This document shows positions 38,770 to 51,099 of a stretch of 64,000 nt of DNA, one piece after another. Within the stretch, counting starts at the first letter, position 1. Each line of letters opens with the position of its first letter. The notes beneath the pieces are model-generated. The model was not told the origin of the DNA, did not search any database, and saw only the letters and a program-made list of their open reading frames with translations. Origin of the DNA: Chiloscyllium plagiosum (taxonomy: Eukaryota). The stretch covers positions 12,031,282 through 12,095,281 of the forward strand of contig NC_057749.1 of the NCBI RefSeq assembly GCF_004010195.1, in the 5' to 3' direction. Position numbers and translations under genes: made by a program.

Positions 38770-39251
38770 TGTTTTAAAAAATTCTCAAGGTCAAGGACCA
38801 GGCTCGCAGGAAAGTAGTCTGACACAGAACAAACAGCCAAGAGGCGAGTCTGCTAGAATATAAGTGTTTTATTCCCCGCAGCGTCGCCACAACCAGGTCT
38901 CGTACTTACAACGGGTCTGGTTTATACTCACTCTACGTGTTACCGGAACTGGGAGCCGTCAGTTCTCGTAGAGCGGTTGCCAACAACCCACGCTCGGCGG
39001 TTAAACGTAACCCCGGAGCAGACTCACCGAACTGGAGACTTTTCCAGCTGATATACTCCCTTCCAGATATAAACATTCATGTGAACAGCAGAGCAAGGCT
39101 AAAAAACACATTCCATTCTGGTTACATACAGATAAGAAGATTCACACGGGACTAAGCAACACCTCCATTCCGGTTAGATTCACACATGTATTGGGACATA
39201 ATTTTTAACCGTTTCACCACATTCCACTGCTTGGAATTTTACACCACAACA
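38770..39251. mobile_element. Possible LTR (TG..CA ends, CpG-rich)
   Basis: Abruptly replaces CR1 at tgtttt.., ends ..cacaaca. AATAAA on - near 38868. No TSD found. Confidence 0.35.
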
Positions 39252-39305
39252 ACGCAACTCTCTGAATTGTGAGCATACCTTCTGTTCAGTCTTCCTATCT
39301 ATAAT

Positions 39306-39700
39306 GTGAACACTCTGTTCACTATATTACTTTTGATAATGTGAACACTGTTTGCGTTCACAAAGTTAATATCTGTTATCTGAACACAGTCCCTGTTCAC
39401 AATGCTACTCTCTCTAATCTGGACATAGTCTCTAATCACAATATTACTCTCTGTAACCTGAACATTGTCCCAATCACAATGTTACTGTTTGTAACCAAAA
39501 CTGTACCTGTTTACAATCTTACCCTTGGTAATGTACCCTTGGTATGCTATTTTGTGTAATGTGGATATTGTCCTCAGTTACATTACTCCCTGAACACAGT
39601 TCCTGTTCACAATTTAATCCTTAATAACGAGCACTATCCTCATTTACAATGTAACTCTTTGTACCCTGAACACAGTCCCTGTTCATAACGTTACTCTCTC
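39306..39700. repeat. Degenerate minisatellite, about 38-39 bp unit, about 10 copies
   Basis: Unit similar to tgaacacagtccctgttcacaatgttactctctgtaacc. Confidence 0.85.
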
Positions 39701-39879
39701 GTTGGCAGTGGCAGCAGCACAATGTAGCAAAGTGAACCATGGCAGAAGCTTCTGTTTAAATACCTGAGGAGTGGGGTCAGTCAGAATGGTGGGGACAGGA
39801 GTGGAACTGAATGTAGAGGCAGAGCTCTAGAGATGACATCACGACTCAGAAAGAGTTTTGGCTGGTCAAGAACCAAGTC

Positions 39880-41295
39880 TTGAGTCATAGAGATGGAAAG
39901 CATAGAAACAAATCTTTCATTCCAACTCATCCATGCCGACCAGGTATCTTAAATTAATCCAGTTCCATAGGCCAGCATTTGGCCCATATCCTTCTAAACC
40001 CTTCCTATTCATGACCCCATTCAGATGCCTTTTCAATGCTGTAATTGTACCAGCTGCCACCACTTTCTCTGACAGCTCATTCCATACATGCACTATCCTC
40101 GGCAAGAAAAAATGCCCCTTAGGTCCCTTTTAAATCTTTCCCCTCTCACCTTAAACCGATGACCTCTAGTTTTGACCTTCCCTACCTCGGGAAAAAGACT
40201 ATCTCCCTATCAATGCCCCTCATCATTTTATAAACCTCTATAAGGTCACCACTCAGCCTCTGATGCTCCAGAGAGAATAGCTCCAGCCTATTCAGCCTCT
40301 CCCTTTAGTTCAAAAACCTTCCAACCCTGGCACTATCTTTGTAAATCTTTTCAAGTTTAACAACATCCTTCCTATAGCAAGGAGACCAGAATTGCATGCA
40401 GTATTCCAAAAGTGGCCTTAGCAATGTCCTGTACAGCCGCAACATGACCTTCCAACTTCTACACTCAATGCTCTGACCAATAAAAGCAAGCAAACCAAGT
40501 GCCTTTTTCACTATCCTGTCTACCTGCAACTTCAGTTTCAAGGAACCTGCACTCCCCCATAACAACTACCCTATCATTTTCACTCCTATCGAGAATTATC
40601 TTTGCTATCCTTTCCTCCAAATCTCTGGAACTATTCAGAGGTGCCAACAGAAAACTCCCAGCAGGGTCAACTCTTCTTTCCTGCTTCTAATCTCTGCCCA
40701 TACTACCTCAGTTGACAAGAGCTCAAACGTCCTTTCGACAGCCGTAATACTGTCCTTGGCTGATAATGGCACCCCCCCCACCTTTTTTACCATTTTCTCT
40801 GTTCTTACTGCAACAACCATTCCTGTGCCTGCTCTACCCGTATCTCTGAAATGGCCACAACACTGAAATCCCAGGTACTGACCCCTGCTGCATGGTCACC
40901 CATCTTATTCCAGATGCTTCCAACATTGAAATAGACACACTTCAAACCAACTTCTTGCTTGCTGGTGCCCTCTTGCGACCCTGAAACCCTATTTTGGACT
41001 CCTCATTCTCAACCTCCTGTATGCTCGAACTACATTGAACTTTCTAATTAGCAATGCCACCCCCCCTCCTTTTTTCCCACCCTCCCTAATCTTACTGAAA
41101 CACCTGTAACCAGGAACCTCCAACAGCCATTCCTGTCCCACATCTATCCACGTTTCCGTGATGGCCACAACATCGTAGTCCCAGGTACCAATCCACGCCT
41201 TAAGTTCACCCACCTTATTTCTGATACTCCTTGCGTTGAAGTATACGCACTTGAGCCCGTCTCTGTGTCCGCAAGTAGTCCCTGTCAGTGCTAGG
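39880..41295 (-). mobile_element. CR1 fragments (3' end plus two APE endonuclease segments)
   Basis: LLRPLLEYCMQFWSP, VVVMGE and GELKAWIGTWDYDVVAITETW. Confidence 0.85.
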
Positions 41296-41629
41296 AGTAT
41301 ATAAAATTGAGAGGCATGGAACAGGGTGGAGAATCAGTCTTTTTTCCATGTTGGTAATGTCAAATACCAGGGAACAAAGGCTTAAAAGGTGAGAGGAGGA
41401 AAGTTGAAAGGAGATGAGGCATTTTTTTTTAAGTGATGGAAAGCACTACATGGGGAGGTATAGCAGCAGATAATGATAGCAATGTTTAAGAGGAATTTAG
41501 ATACATGTACAGGAAGGGAAGAGGGGGCTATGGATGTTGTGCAGGTAGACAGGGTTAGTTTCAAATGGCAGTACAGACATGGGAGGCTGAAGGGCCTGTT
41601 CCTGTGTTGTACTGTCCTATAGTCTAAGG

Positions 41630-42680
41630 ATGAAAAAAATTGAAGAAACCTGAATGTTGAGTTGAAAAATCCTTGTATTAAGATTAACAGTGTGGAAGCA
41701 GGTGATTTTTCTGTGGTGGATCCTTAAACTCCATCACAGCATCCATTTGATTAAGAAGTTACATGGCTAAATCCAGATAAAAGGGCCTGTGGTGAAAGGC
41801 TAGTGAGAGGTGAATCAGCATCATTATTGACGAGAGAAGACTGCTTCAATCTAGGCACTGACTGGAAGAGAGATACATCATTCAGATTCAAAGAGTGCAG
41901 GAGGCATGCCATGGGTGACACCAGCATTTCTAAAGATGTAATGTCTATATAGTAAAACCAGGACATGCAACTAGTTTCATTGCAAGCAGCGTAAGCAGAA
42001 TGCAATAGAAAAAGTTAAGTGATCCTGCAACCAACTGATCAGATCTGAACTCTGCAGTCCTGCCACACTCAGTCATGAAATGGCAGAGGACAAATAAACA
42101 ATTCATTTGTGGAGAAGGCTCCACAAATGTTTTCCATCTCAATGATGGGGAAGCCCAGCTTCGTGCAAAAGACAAGGCTGAAGCATTTGCATTGATCTTC
42201 AGCCAGAAGTGCTGAATGGCTGATCCATACAAGCCTTCTCTTAAGGTCCCCAGCATACAGATAGCAAACTTCAGCAAATTTGATTCACTCCACTTGCCTT
42301 CAAAAAGTGACAGTAAGTCACATAGATAATGCAAAGATGATGTGGCATGACAACATTCCAGCAGTCCTGGAACTAGCTGCATCCCCAACCAAGTTGTTCC
42401 AGTACAGTTACAACGTTGGCATCTACCAAATAATTTAGCAGCTATGTCCTATCCACATAAAGGAACAAGTCAAATTGACTAGTTACTGCCTCCTAACTCT
42501 ACCATAAATTGTCAGCAAAATGATTTTGTTGACTATGTCATCAAATGGCAATTATTCACCAGTGATGTGCTTGATAATGCTCAGTTTGTGTTTCACGAAG
42601 CCCCTTCAGCTGATGACTTCATTCCAGCCTTGGTCCAAACATGGACAAAACAAGTGACTGCAGAGTTGATGTGGAAGCCA
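41630..42680 (+). mobile_element. Old CR1/L2-group LINE ORF2 remnant
   Basis: Degenerate AKDKAEAFALIFSQKC and KLFQYSYNVGIY remnants. Probably continues at 43560-44010. Confidence 0.55.
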
Positions 42681-43166
42681 TTTTGCTGAAATGTCCCTCA
42701 CCCAGCAGAACGATGGTACTTGGCATGTTAACTGTGAGAGGTTCTCAGCCTTCTGCACATAGCTTAGTTCCTCTTTCACAGTCATGTGATGTATTGTTGG
42801 TTAATTAGCTTAATTGCTCAAAGGTGCCTCCTCTTATCAATTAGCTTCTCTCTCTACGATGTATTGCTAATATGTTATTCCTCTAATTAAGGACGTGTCC
42901 TACATTTATTACGGATCTCTGTAAACAGCATGTTAGGTGATAACTTTCAATCCTGTCCATTGTGGAATGTATAGTATCAGTTAGGCTGGCCCCGAGAGCA
43001 GACCCCTGATTCAGTACCTTCTCGGACCATCCTGACACTGATTAACGGTCAGCCTGTGTCTCAGCCCATGTCTTGTTTTCTATATAATCTTATAACTTTC
43101 TGTGGCACTTCGGAGTCTTACCCAGCCACAGTTTGGGATGGTGGTCTTCTCATGATGCATGAGAAG

Positions 43167-43495
43167 TGGGCGGCACGGTGACACAGTGGCTAGCACTGCT
43201 GCCTCACAGCGCCTGAGACCTGGGTTCAACTCCTGCCTCAGGCGACTGACTGTGTGGAGTTTGCACGTTCTCCCCGTGTCTGCGTGGGTTTCCTCCGGGT
43301 GCTCCGGTTTCCTCCCACAGTCCAAAGATGTGCAGGGTCAGGTGAATTGGCCATACTAAATTGCCCGCAGTGTTAGGTAAGGGGTAAATGTAGGGGTATG
43401 GGTGGGTTTCGCTTCGGCGGGACTGTGTGGACTTGTTGGGCCGAAGGGCCTGTTTCCACACTAATATAATCTAAAAAAAAATCTAATAATCTAAT
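43167..43495 (+). mobile_element. HE1-type V-SINE
   Basis: Near-identical to 18470-18787. Confidence 0.9.
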
Positions 43496-44088
43496 AAACC
43501 GGTTAATGTTCAAGGCCCGCCTCTTGAGATTTTCTTCAATAGTTGAAGACTGAATGACTGTCTTTGGCATTAAGATTACATTTGACTGAATATGGCTTCA
43601 AGGAACCCAAGCAAAACTGGAGTCAAGGGGATAGAGGGGAAAACTTTCTGCCAGATGGAGTCATACTGAGCATAAAGAAATATGGTTATAGTTGTTTAAG
43701 GTCAATCATAGAACATCACTGCAGGAGGTTCTCATGATGGTGTCCTAAAGATCTAACATTTTCAACTGCTTTTATTAATAATCCACCCTCCATCGTAAGA
43801 TTAGAGGTAGGGATTTTTAATTAATTATCATACAACATTCAGAACCATTCTGAACTCCTCAGATACTGAAGCAGTTTATTCAATTCAGCAAGATCTGGAT
43901 AATGTCTAGGCCTGGGTCATAAGTAACAAATAACATTTGTGTCAGACATACTAGACAATGACCATCTCCAACGAGAAAGCATTCAACCATCACCCCTTGT
44001 CATTAACATTTGTAATATTCCTTAGTAAGTAAGTACCTGATGCAGAGTCTGAATTCTTCTGAATGCTGAACATTTAGAGCTTTCAGTC

Positions 44089-44309
44089 AAAGTGTGGTGC
44101 TGGAAAAGCACAGCTGGTCAGGCAGCATCCAAGAAGCAGGAGAGTCAGCGTTTTGGTCGTACGCTCTTCCTCAGGAATGTGATGAAGAGTTTATGCTCGA
44201 AACGTCAGCTGTCTTGCTCCTCGGATGCTGCCTGGCTGGCTGTGCTTTTCCACTGCTGTACTTTTTGACTGATTTTCAGCATCTGCAGTCCTCACTTTCT
44301 CCTATTTGA
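44089..44309. mobile_element. Fold-back PLE-terminal element (family A variant) with two hammerhead remnants
   Basis: 11-bp TSD agctttcagtc (44078-44088, 44310-44320). Plus-strand gtgatga-a-gagt-ttat-gctc-gaaacgtc at 44179-44206. Confidence 0.85.
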
Positions 44310-45611
44310 AGCTTTCAGTCTAGTACTGAGTTCCTGAGTCTCAGCATAATATTACATTCAGGACATTACTGTCAATAGAACTATGAGGACAATTAATTTC
44401 ACAACCCAGTGAAATATTACGGGCCACATGTTTTCAGTTTCATAGTAAAGTAACATGGAACACCATGCTTGAATGGAGCAGAAATTGATAAAGTAACCCA
44501 GTATTTGCATTGTAATACCAGCAATTTCTTGTGAATGGTCCAGGAGAACTTAATTCTGATCATCTTCTCAGGATCATGATGTCCATTAACAAATGTGCAT
44601 AAAGTGAACAAGTTGCACCAGAAGGCAACATACACTAGGCACTTACTCAACCTTTCATTACAACAGAAGAATTTTTAGCTTCAGAAGACGACCTTTTGGA
44701 CTCATTTGTCCCTCTACCATATACAAACACTAATTTCTCTAATCTCCATTCTTTAGAAACGTAACTAGTGCTGCTAATTAAACAATTTATCACATTCAAA
44801 AAAAATCTTTTTTTATGATTCCCTTCCTGTCCTAAAATTTCTGTGGGATTATCAAGTTTGTTTTGAACTTTGTTTAATCTTTTCTCCATAGCGAACACAT
44901 TTCCTCAACTTTAAATTGTTGCCCAGAATCTTCTATGTTTACTTTATATTCTTACGAAGGCAATTATTAAAATGATTGTTAAATTCTTGGCCTCAGAGTA
45001 TCTAAACACATAATAAATACAGTACACAGCAACAATACATCCAGCTGACCCCTGCTTATGGGAACAGTTCTGTATTCCATCTCTGATGTAGTACTATGCA
45101 TACATCAACAGAGAGCACCATTGAGCTTTATGAAAGAAACTAGTAAGCAGTCAAAAAAACTTCAGCACTGGGTTCTGAATTGTTACTATGCAAAAACTTG
45201 ATTTCCATTAAGAAAATAATTTTCACTTTTTAAAAAAATCTGCAGCACTCAGCAATCTTTGAGCAGTAACTTGTATTCATGTACATGTTGCAAAGCTCTT
45301 CACTGGAACATATTCCTACATAAATTAATAAATTGATACTTAGCTACATAAGCCCCAAACATTCTCCCTTGTGACCCCATTTCAAGACTCAAAAATCATT
45401 GTGACCTCTGAAAACAGAGTGTGGAAGGACAGCTATACAGCTGTCACATCTTGCTCAGAGCTTGATGCGGTTTCAGTACTGGCAACTCTACTGAGTCAAG
45501 TTTGGACATAAAGAATTTTATTGGAAGAGCTGACCAAAAATCTGGTCATGGTTTAAATCAATATTTTACAATCCAAGAGTGAGGGAACTTCAGAACTTAG
45601 CACCCAAGAAA

Positions 45612-45926
45612 GATTAGATTCCTTCCAGTATGGGAACAGGCCCTAAAGCCCAACAAGTCCACACCGACCTTCCGGAGAGTAATCCACCCAGACCTATTCC
45701 CCTATGTTTACCCTTGACTAATGCACCTATAGGCAATTTAGCATGTCCAATTCACCTGACTTGCACATCTTTGGGTTGAGGGAGGAAACTGAAGAATCCA
45801 GAGGAAACCCATGCAGAGACGGGGAGAATGTACAAACTCCACCAAAAATAGTTACCTGTTTTGAATTGAACTCAGGACCCTGATACTGTGAGGCAGCAGT
45901 GTTAACAACTGAGCCACGGTGCCACC
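45612..45926 (-). mobile_element. HE1-type V-SINE (older)
   Basis: Reverse complement of the SINE head, V-domain and tail. Confidence 0.85.
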
Positions 45927-46009
45927 CAGACAGGGGTGAAATGAAAAAGGAAATTACCAAAGAGGGAATATGTGAAAACCAATAAAATTGTGGAAAATTC
46001 TAAGATATT

Positions 46010-46650
46010 GTATCTGTATCCTCTCTTTGTCTTCCTAATTTCCTTTATCATTTCACCTCTGTGCTTTCTATATTTTCCCATGCTTCCCAAATATGGCTAC
46101 TTTTCAGATTGTTGTAAGGTCTATTTATTCTGCTGTTTCTTACCTGATATGCCTCTGGATATCAGGGGGCTCCAGGTTTGTTAGTGCCACCCTTTTTCTT
46201 TGTGGAGACATGTCTACATTGTGCACATAGATTCTCACTTTTCAATGTTTCCCACTGACTTTCCTTCAAGTAGCTGTAATCAATCCACTTTGCCAGATCA
46301 TCTCTCAGCTTTGTAAAGTTTGCCCTCCCCTAATTTACAACTTTTACTCCTGTTCAATTATTGTCCCATTCCCTTCCAGAATGATGATAAATGTATTATG
46401 GTCATCTTCAAAATGACCATCCACAGCTATTTAAACCACTTGGCCAATTTCATTTCTTAAGACTAAATCGAGAATTGCAACCACTATTGTTGTACTTATG
46501 TGTTGGTTTAGAAAAAAGTGTCCTCCGTTCCTTTCACACCATTTGTGTCCCAGTTGATTCTAGGGTTGTTGAAGTTCCCAACTATGATTGCCCGATTGAG
46601 TTTGCACTTAAATTTGCCAACATATTCATTCCTGCCATTTTTTGTTGAGT
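46010..46650 (-). mobile_element. Old CR1 APE/tether remnant
   Basis: Degenerate KEIRKTKRG and VGNFN remnants. Confidence 0.55.
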
Positions 46651-46739
46651 TCAGTCTCATTTAATGTTTAATTTGTGTGGCACCTCTCTTCACGAGTGTC
46701 ATTGATTTTTCTTTTAAACCAATGATGCTATGTCTCCAC

Positions 46740-47410
46740 CATAAGACCGAGGAGCAGGAGTAGGTCATCTGGCCCTCCGACCCAGCTCCGCCATTCAATA
46801 AGATCATGGCTGACCTTCTTGTTGCCTCAGCTCCACTTACCCGCTCTCTCACAATATCCCTTAAATATTTTTTGAACAATAAAGGAATTATCTTAGCTTG
46901 AAAAACATTTCTGAAGTAGCTTCAACTACTTCACTGGGCAGGGAAGCCATAGTTTCCCAACCCTCTGGGTGAAGAAGTTCCTTCTCAATTCAGTCCTAAA
47001 TCTGCTCCCTCTAATTTTGAGGCTATGCCCTCTTGACCTAGTTTCACCTGCCAGTGGAAACAACCTCTGTACGTCTATCTTATCTATTCCATTCATAATT
47101 TTATATGTTTCAATAAGTTCTCCCCTCATTTTTCTAAATTCCAATGAATATAATTCCAGTCTATTCAGTCTCTCCTCATAAGCCAACCCCTGAACTCTGG
47201 AATCAACCTAGTGAACTTCCTTTGTACCCCCTCTGGTGCCAGTACATCCTTTCTCAAGTAAGGAGACCAAAACTGCATGTAGTCCAGGCGTGGCCTCACT
47301 AGCACCCTGTACAGCTGCAACATAACTTCTCCGCTTTTAAATTCAATCCCTTTTGCAAAGGAGGACAAAATTTCATTTGCCTTCCTAATTACCTGTTGTA
47401 CATGCAGACA
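46740..47410 (-). mobile_element. CR1 3' fragment
   Basis: MLQLYRVLVRP, YEERLNRLELYSLEFR and SRGHSLKIRG. Confidence 0.9.
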
Positions 47411-48169
47411 ATTTTTATCCCTTTCTGTAAACTGTCAAAAACTCTACATCCAGAAATGTTGAGCTGCATCTTTGACCCTTGTTAAGCTAAATTTCTGTTA
47501 AATCAATGAAAATCATGCTGCAATGTGTACACAGCTCTTTGGCTTCGTACTTTTACATATATACTTGAATATTGCCAAGTTCTTGTGCTGTGTATATTTT
47601 AATCTTTGCTGTCTTCTGTCACTAAGTTTCTGCCTCCTGTTCCCTGCTCTGAATTTGCCTACTGATTCTCATCCTCTATAAATCTAGATTCAATCCTCCC
47701 CACCATACTATCTTCACCTTAAAGCACAAATCATACAGAGTGAATCAAAAGTCCAACCTTGTTGATTTACAGACCCAATTTTATATTCGTATAAATGAAA
47801 GGATTGAGTAAATTAAAATCTTCGGTCAGTGTCCCACAACAATACAACAAAGAAAAATTAGGTGTACAACGTAACTATATAGTATAAATGGCCCTACCTG
47901 ACCTGGGACAGTTTGATGCTGACTCAGAGTTTAAGGGGTTGGGAGTGAAGGTGTAGAAGGATTCCAATCCCCAGCATCGACACTCACCTTAAAATGGGAC
48001 AAATCAATGACTATGTCAGCAGATTGTCTAATTACTACAGTAAAAGTTTTGTTCAAACATTTGGCAGTCCAAAGACTAAAATGATGCATTGTTGGTATTT
48101 TTTGGTTAACCTCTACTCATTCAGATAGTTACCAGGTAAAAAGCTAGACATCGATTAGGAGGTGCGGAG

Positions 48170-51035
48170 TACATAACATAGAACATTACAGCGCAGTGCA
48201 GACCCTTTGGCCCTCAATGCTGTGCTGACCTGTGGAACCAATCTGAAACTCATCTATCCTACACTATTCAATTTTCATCCAGATGTTTATCCAATGGTGA
48301 TTTTAATGCCCTTCAAATTGGCGAGTCTACTATTGTTGGAGGCAGGACATTTCACATCTCTGCTACTACCCTGAGTAAAGAAACTATCTCTGACATCCTA
48401 CATCTATCAATCCTCAATTTAAAGCTATGTCCTCTCATGTTAGCCATCACTATCTGAGGACTCTCATTTTCCAACCTATCTAACCCTCAATTATTAATTT
48501 TAACAGAATCCCTACAATGTGGAAACAAGCCACTTGGCCCAGCAAGTCCACACCAACCCTCCAAAGAGTAACCCACCCAGACCCATTCCCCTACCCTATT
48601 ATTCTACATTTCCCCTGACTAATGCATCTAACCTACACATCCCTGAACATTATGGGCAATTTAGCATGTCCAATTCACCTGACCTGCACATCTTTGGACT
48701 GCGGGAGGGAACTGGAGGAAACCCAGGCAGTCATTGGGAGAATGTGCAAACTCCACACAGACAGTCGCCCGAGGCTGGAATCAAACCTGGGTCCCTGGCA
48801 CTGTGAGGCAGCAGTGCTAACCACTGAGCCACTATGCCACCCCAAATTATATGTCTCAATTAAGTCACCTCTCAACATTCTTCTCTCAAATGAAAACAGT
48901 CTCAAGTTCCTCAGCCTTTCCTCCATACCAGACAACATCCTAGTAAATCTCCTCTGAACCCTTTCCAAAGCTTCCACATCCTTCCTATAATTCGGTGACC
49001 AAAACTGTATGCAATACCTTGAGTGCAGCCGCACCAGAGTTTTGTGGTAAACTACTAGTAACTGAATTCGAGAATGAGCATTTTCAATCAACCACCACCC
49101 TGTCTTCTTTCAGCTAGCCAATTTCTGATCCAAACTGTTAAATCTTCCTCAATCCTATGTCTCCGTATTTTGTGCAGTAGCTACCGTGGGGAACCTTATC
49201 AAACGCCTTACTGAAATCCATATACGCCACATCAACTGCTTTACCTTCATCTACCTGTTTTGTCACCTTCTCAAAGAACTCTCGAATAAGGTTAGTTAGG
49301 CATAACCTACCCTTCACAAAACCATACTGACCATCTCTAATCAAATTATTCCTTTCTAGATGATTATAAATCCTACCGCTTATAACCTTTTCCAACACTT
49401 TACCAAAGTAAGACTCACTTGTTTATAATTATCAGGGTGGTCTCTACTCCCCTTCTTGAACAAGGGGATAACATTTGCTATCTTCCAGTCTTCTGGCACT
49501 ATTCCTGTAGACATTGATTACAGAAAGATCAAAGCCAAAAAGGCTCTGCAATCTCCTTCCTGGCTTCCCAGATAAATCTCATCAGGCCCAGTGGACTTTA
49601 CCTATTTTCACACTTTACAGAATTGCTAACATCGCCTCCTTATGAACCTCAATCCCATCTAGTCTAGTAACCTGTATTTCAGTATTCTCCTTGACATCAT
49701 CATATTTTTCCTGTGTGAATACAGTGAAAAATATTCATTAAGCTCTTCTATCTCCTCAGACTCCATGCACAATTTCCCACTACTATCCTTGATTGGCCCT
49801 AATCTTTCTCTAGTCATTCTTTTATTTCTGATATACCTATAGAAAGCTTTAGGGTTTGACCTTGATCCCACCTGTCAATGACTTCTCCTGTCGCCTCCTG
49901 GCTCTTCCTAGCTCTTTCTTTAGGTCCTTCCTGGCTAACTTATAACTCTCAAGCACTCGAACTGATCCTTCACATCTCATCCTAACATAAACCTTCTTCT
50001 TTCTCTTTACAAGATATTCAACTTCTTTAGTAAATCACAGCTCCCTTGCTCGAGCACTTACTTCCTGCCTGACAGCTACATACTTATCGAGGACACACAG
50101 TAGCTGTTCCTTGAGTAAGCTCCACATTTCAATTGTGCCCATCCCCTGCAGTTTCTTTCCCCATCCTAAATCTTGCATGATCACATCATGATTGCCTTTT
50201 CCCCAGCTATAACTCTTGCCCTGCATTATATACCTATCTCTTTCAATAGCTAAAGTAAGCATAACTGAATTGTGGTCACTATCACCAAAGTGCTCACCTA
50301 CCTCCAAATCTAACACCTGACTCGGTTCATTACCCAGTACCAAATCCAATGTGGCCTCGCCCCTTGTTGGCTTGTCTACATACTGGATCAGGAAACCATC
50401 CTGCACACATTGAACAAAAACTGAGCCATCTAAAAGTACCTGAACTATAGTATTTCCAGTCAATATTTGAAAAGTTAATGTCCCCCAAAACAACTACCCT
50501 ATTACTCTTGCTCCTATTCCAGAATCACTTTTGTTATCCTTTCCTCTACATGTCTGGAGCTATTAGGAGGCCAATTAAAACTCCCAACAGGGTGACCTCT
50601 CCTTTCCTGTTTCTAACCTCAGCCCATACTACCTCAGTAGACAAATCATCAAACATTCTTTCTGCTACTGTAATACTGTCCTTGATTAACAATGCCACAT
50701 CTCCCCCTCTGATACCATCTTCTCTGTTCTTACTAAAACATCTAAATCCTAACAACCATTACTGTCCTTGCTCTATCCATGTCTCTGAAATGGCCACAAC
50801 CAATCGACAACCAAGGTACCAACCCATGCTGCAAGTTCACCCACCTTACTGCAGATGGTCCTGGAGTTGAAGTAGACAGACTTCAAACCACCTTCCTTCA
50901 TGCCGGTGAACTCCTGCGACCTTGAAACCATTTTCTGACCTCACTACTCTCACCCTCCTGGATATCGGAACTATAATTTAGGTTCCCATTCCTCTGATGA
51001 ATTAGTTTAAACTCTCCCGAAGAGCATCAGCAAAT
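48170..51035 (-). mobile_element. CR1 LINE ORF2 (APE to 3' tail), decayed, with SINE insertion
   Basis: PTRGEATLDLVLGNEP, NPKAFYRYIRNKR, DFSKAFDKVPHG. Tail at 48170. Confidence 0.92.
48503..48843 (-). mobile_element. HE1-type V-SINE nested in CR1
   Basis: Reverse complement of the SINE head, V-domain and tail. Confidence 0.88.
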
Positions 51036-51099
51036 CCCACCCCACCCCAACTGCCCAGGAGTAGAAGAAGAAATGACCAGCATACAGAATTCATTGTAA

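Larger units (their letters stand above)
33490..41625 (+). mobile_element. Old long CR1 LINE broken into pieces (about 33490-35400, 36645-37550, 38105-38160, 41296-41625) by nested insertions
   Basis: ORF1 esterase remnants (VHVGSN, DGLHL), then APE, RT (TKFANN) and C-terminal remnants in order. ..gcaacctgataga|gtatataaaatt.. rejoins across 38160/41296. Confidence 0.75.

Noticed and set aside
39306..39700. CRISPR-like array of ~38-bp palindromic repeats
   Set aside because: Units are contiguous and degenerate with no unique spacers or cas genes, in a vertebrate context. It is a minisatellite.
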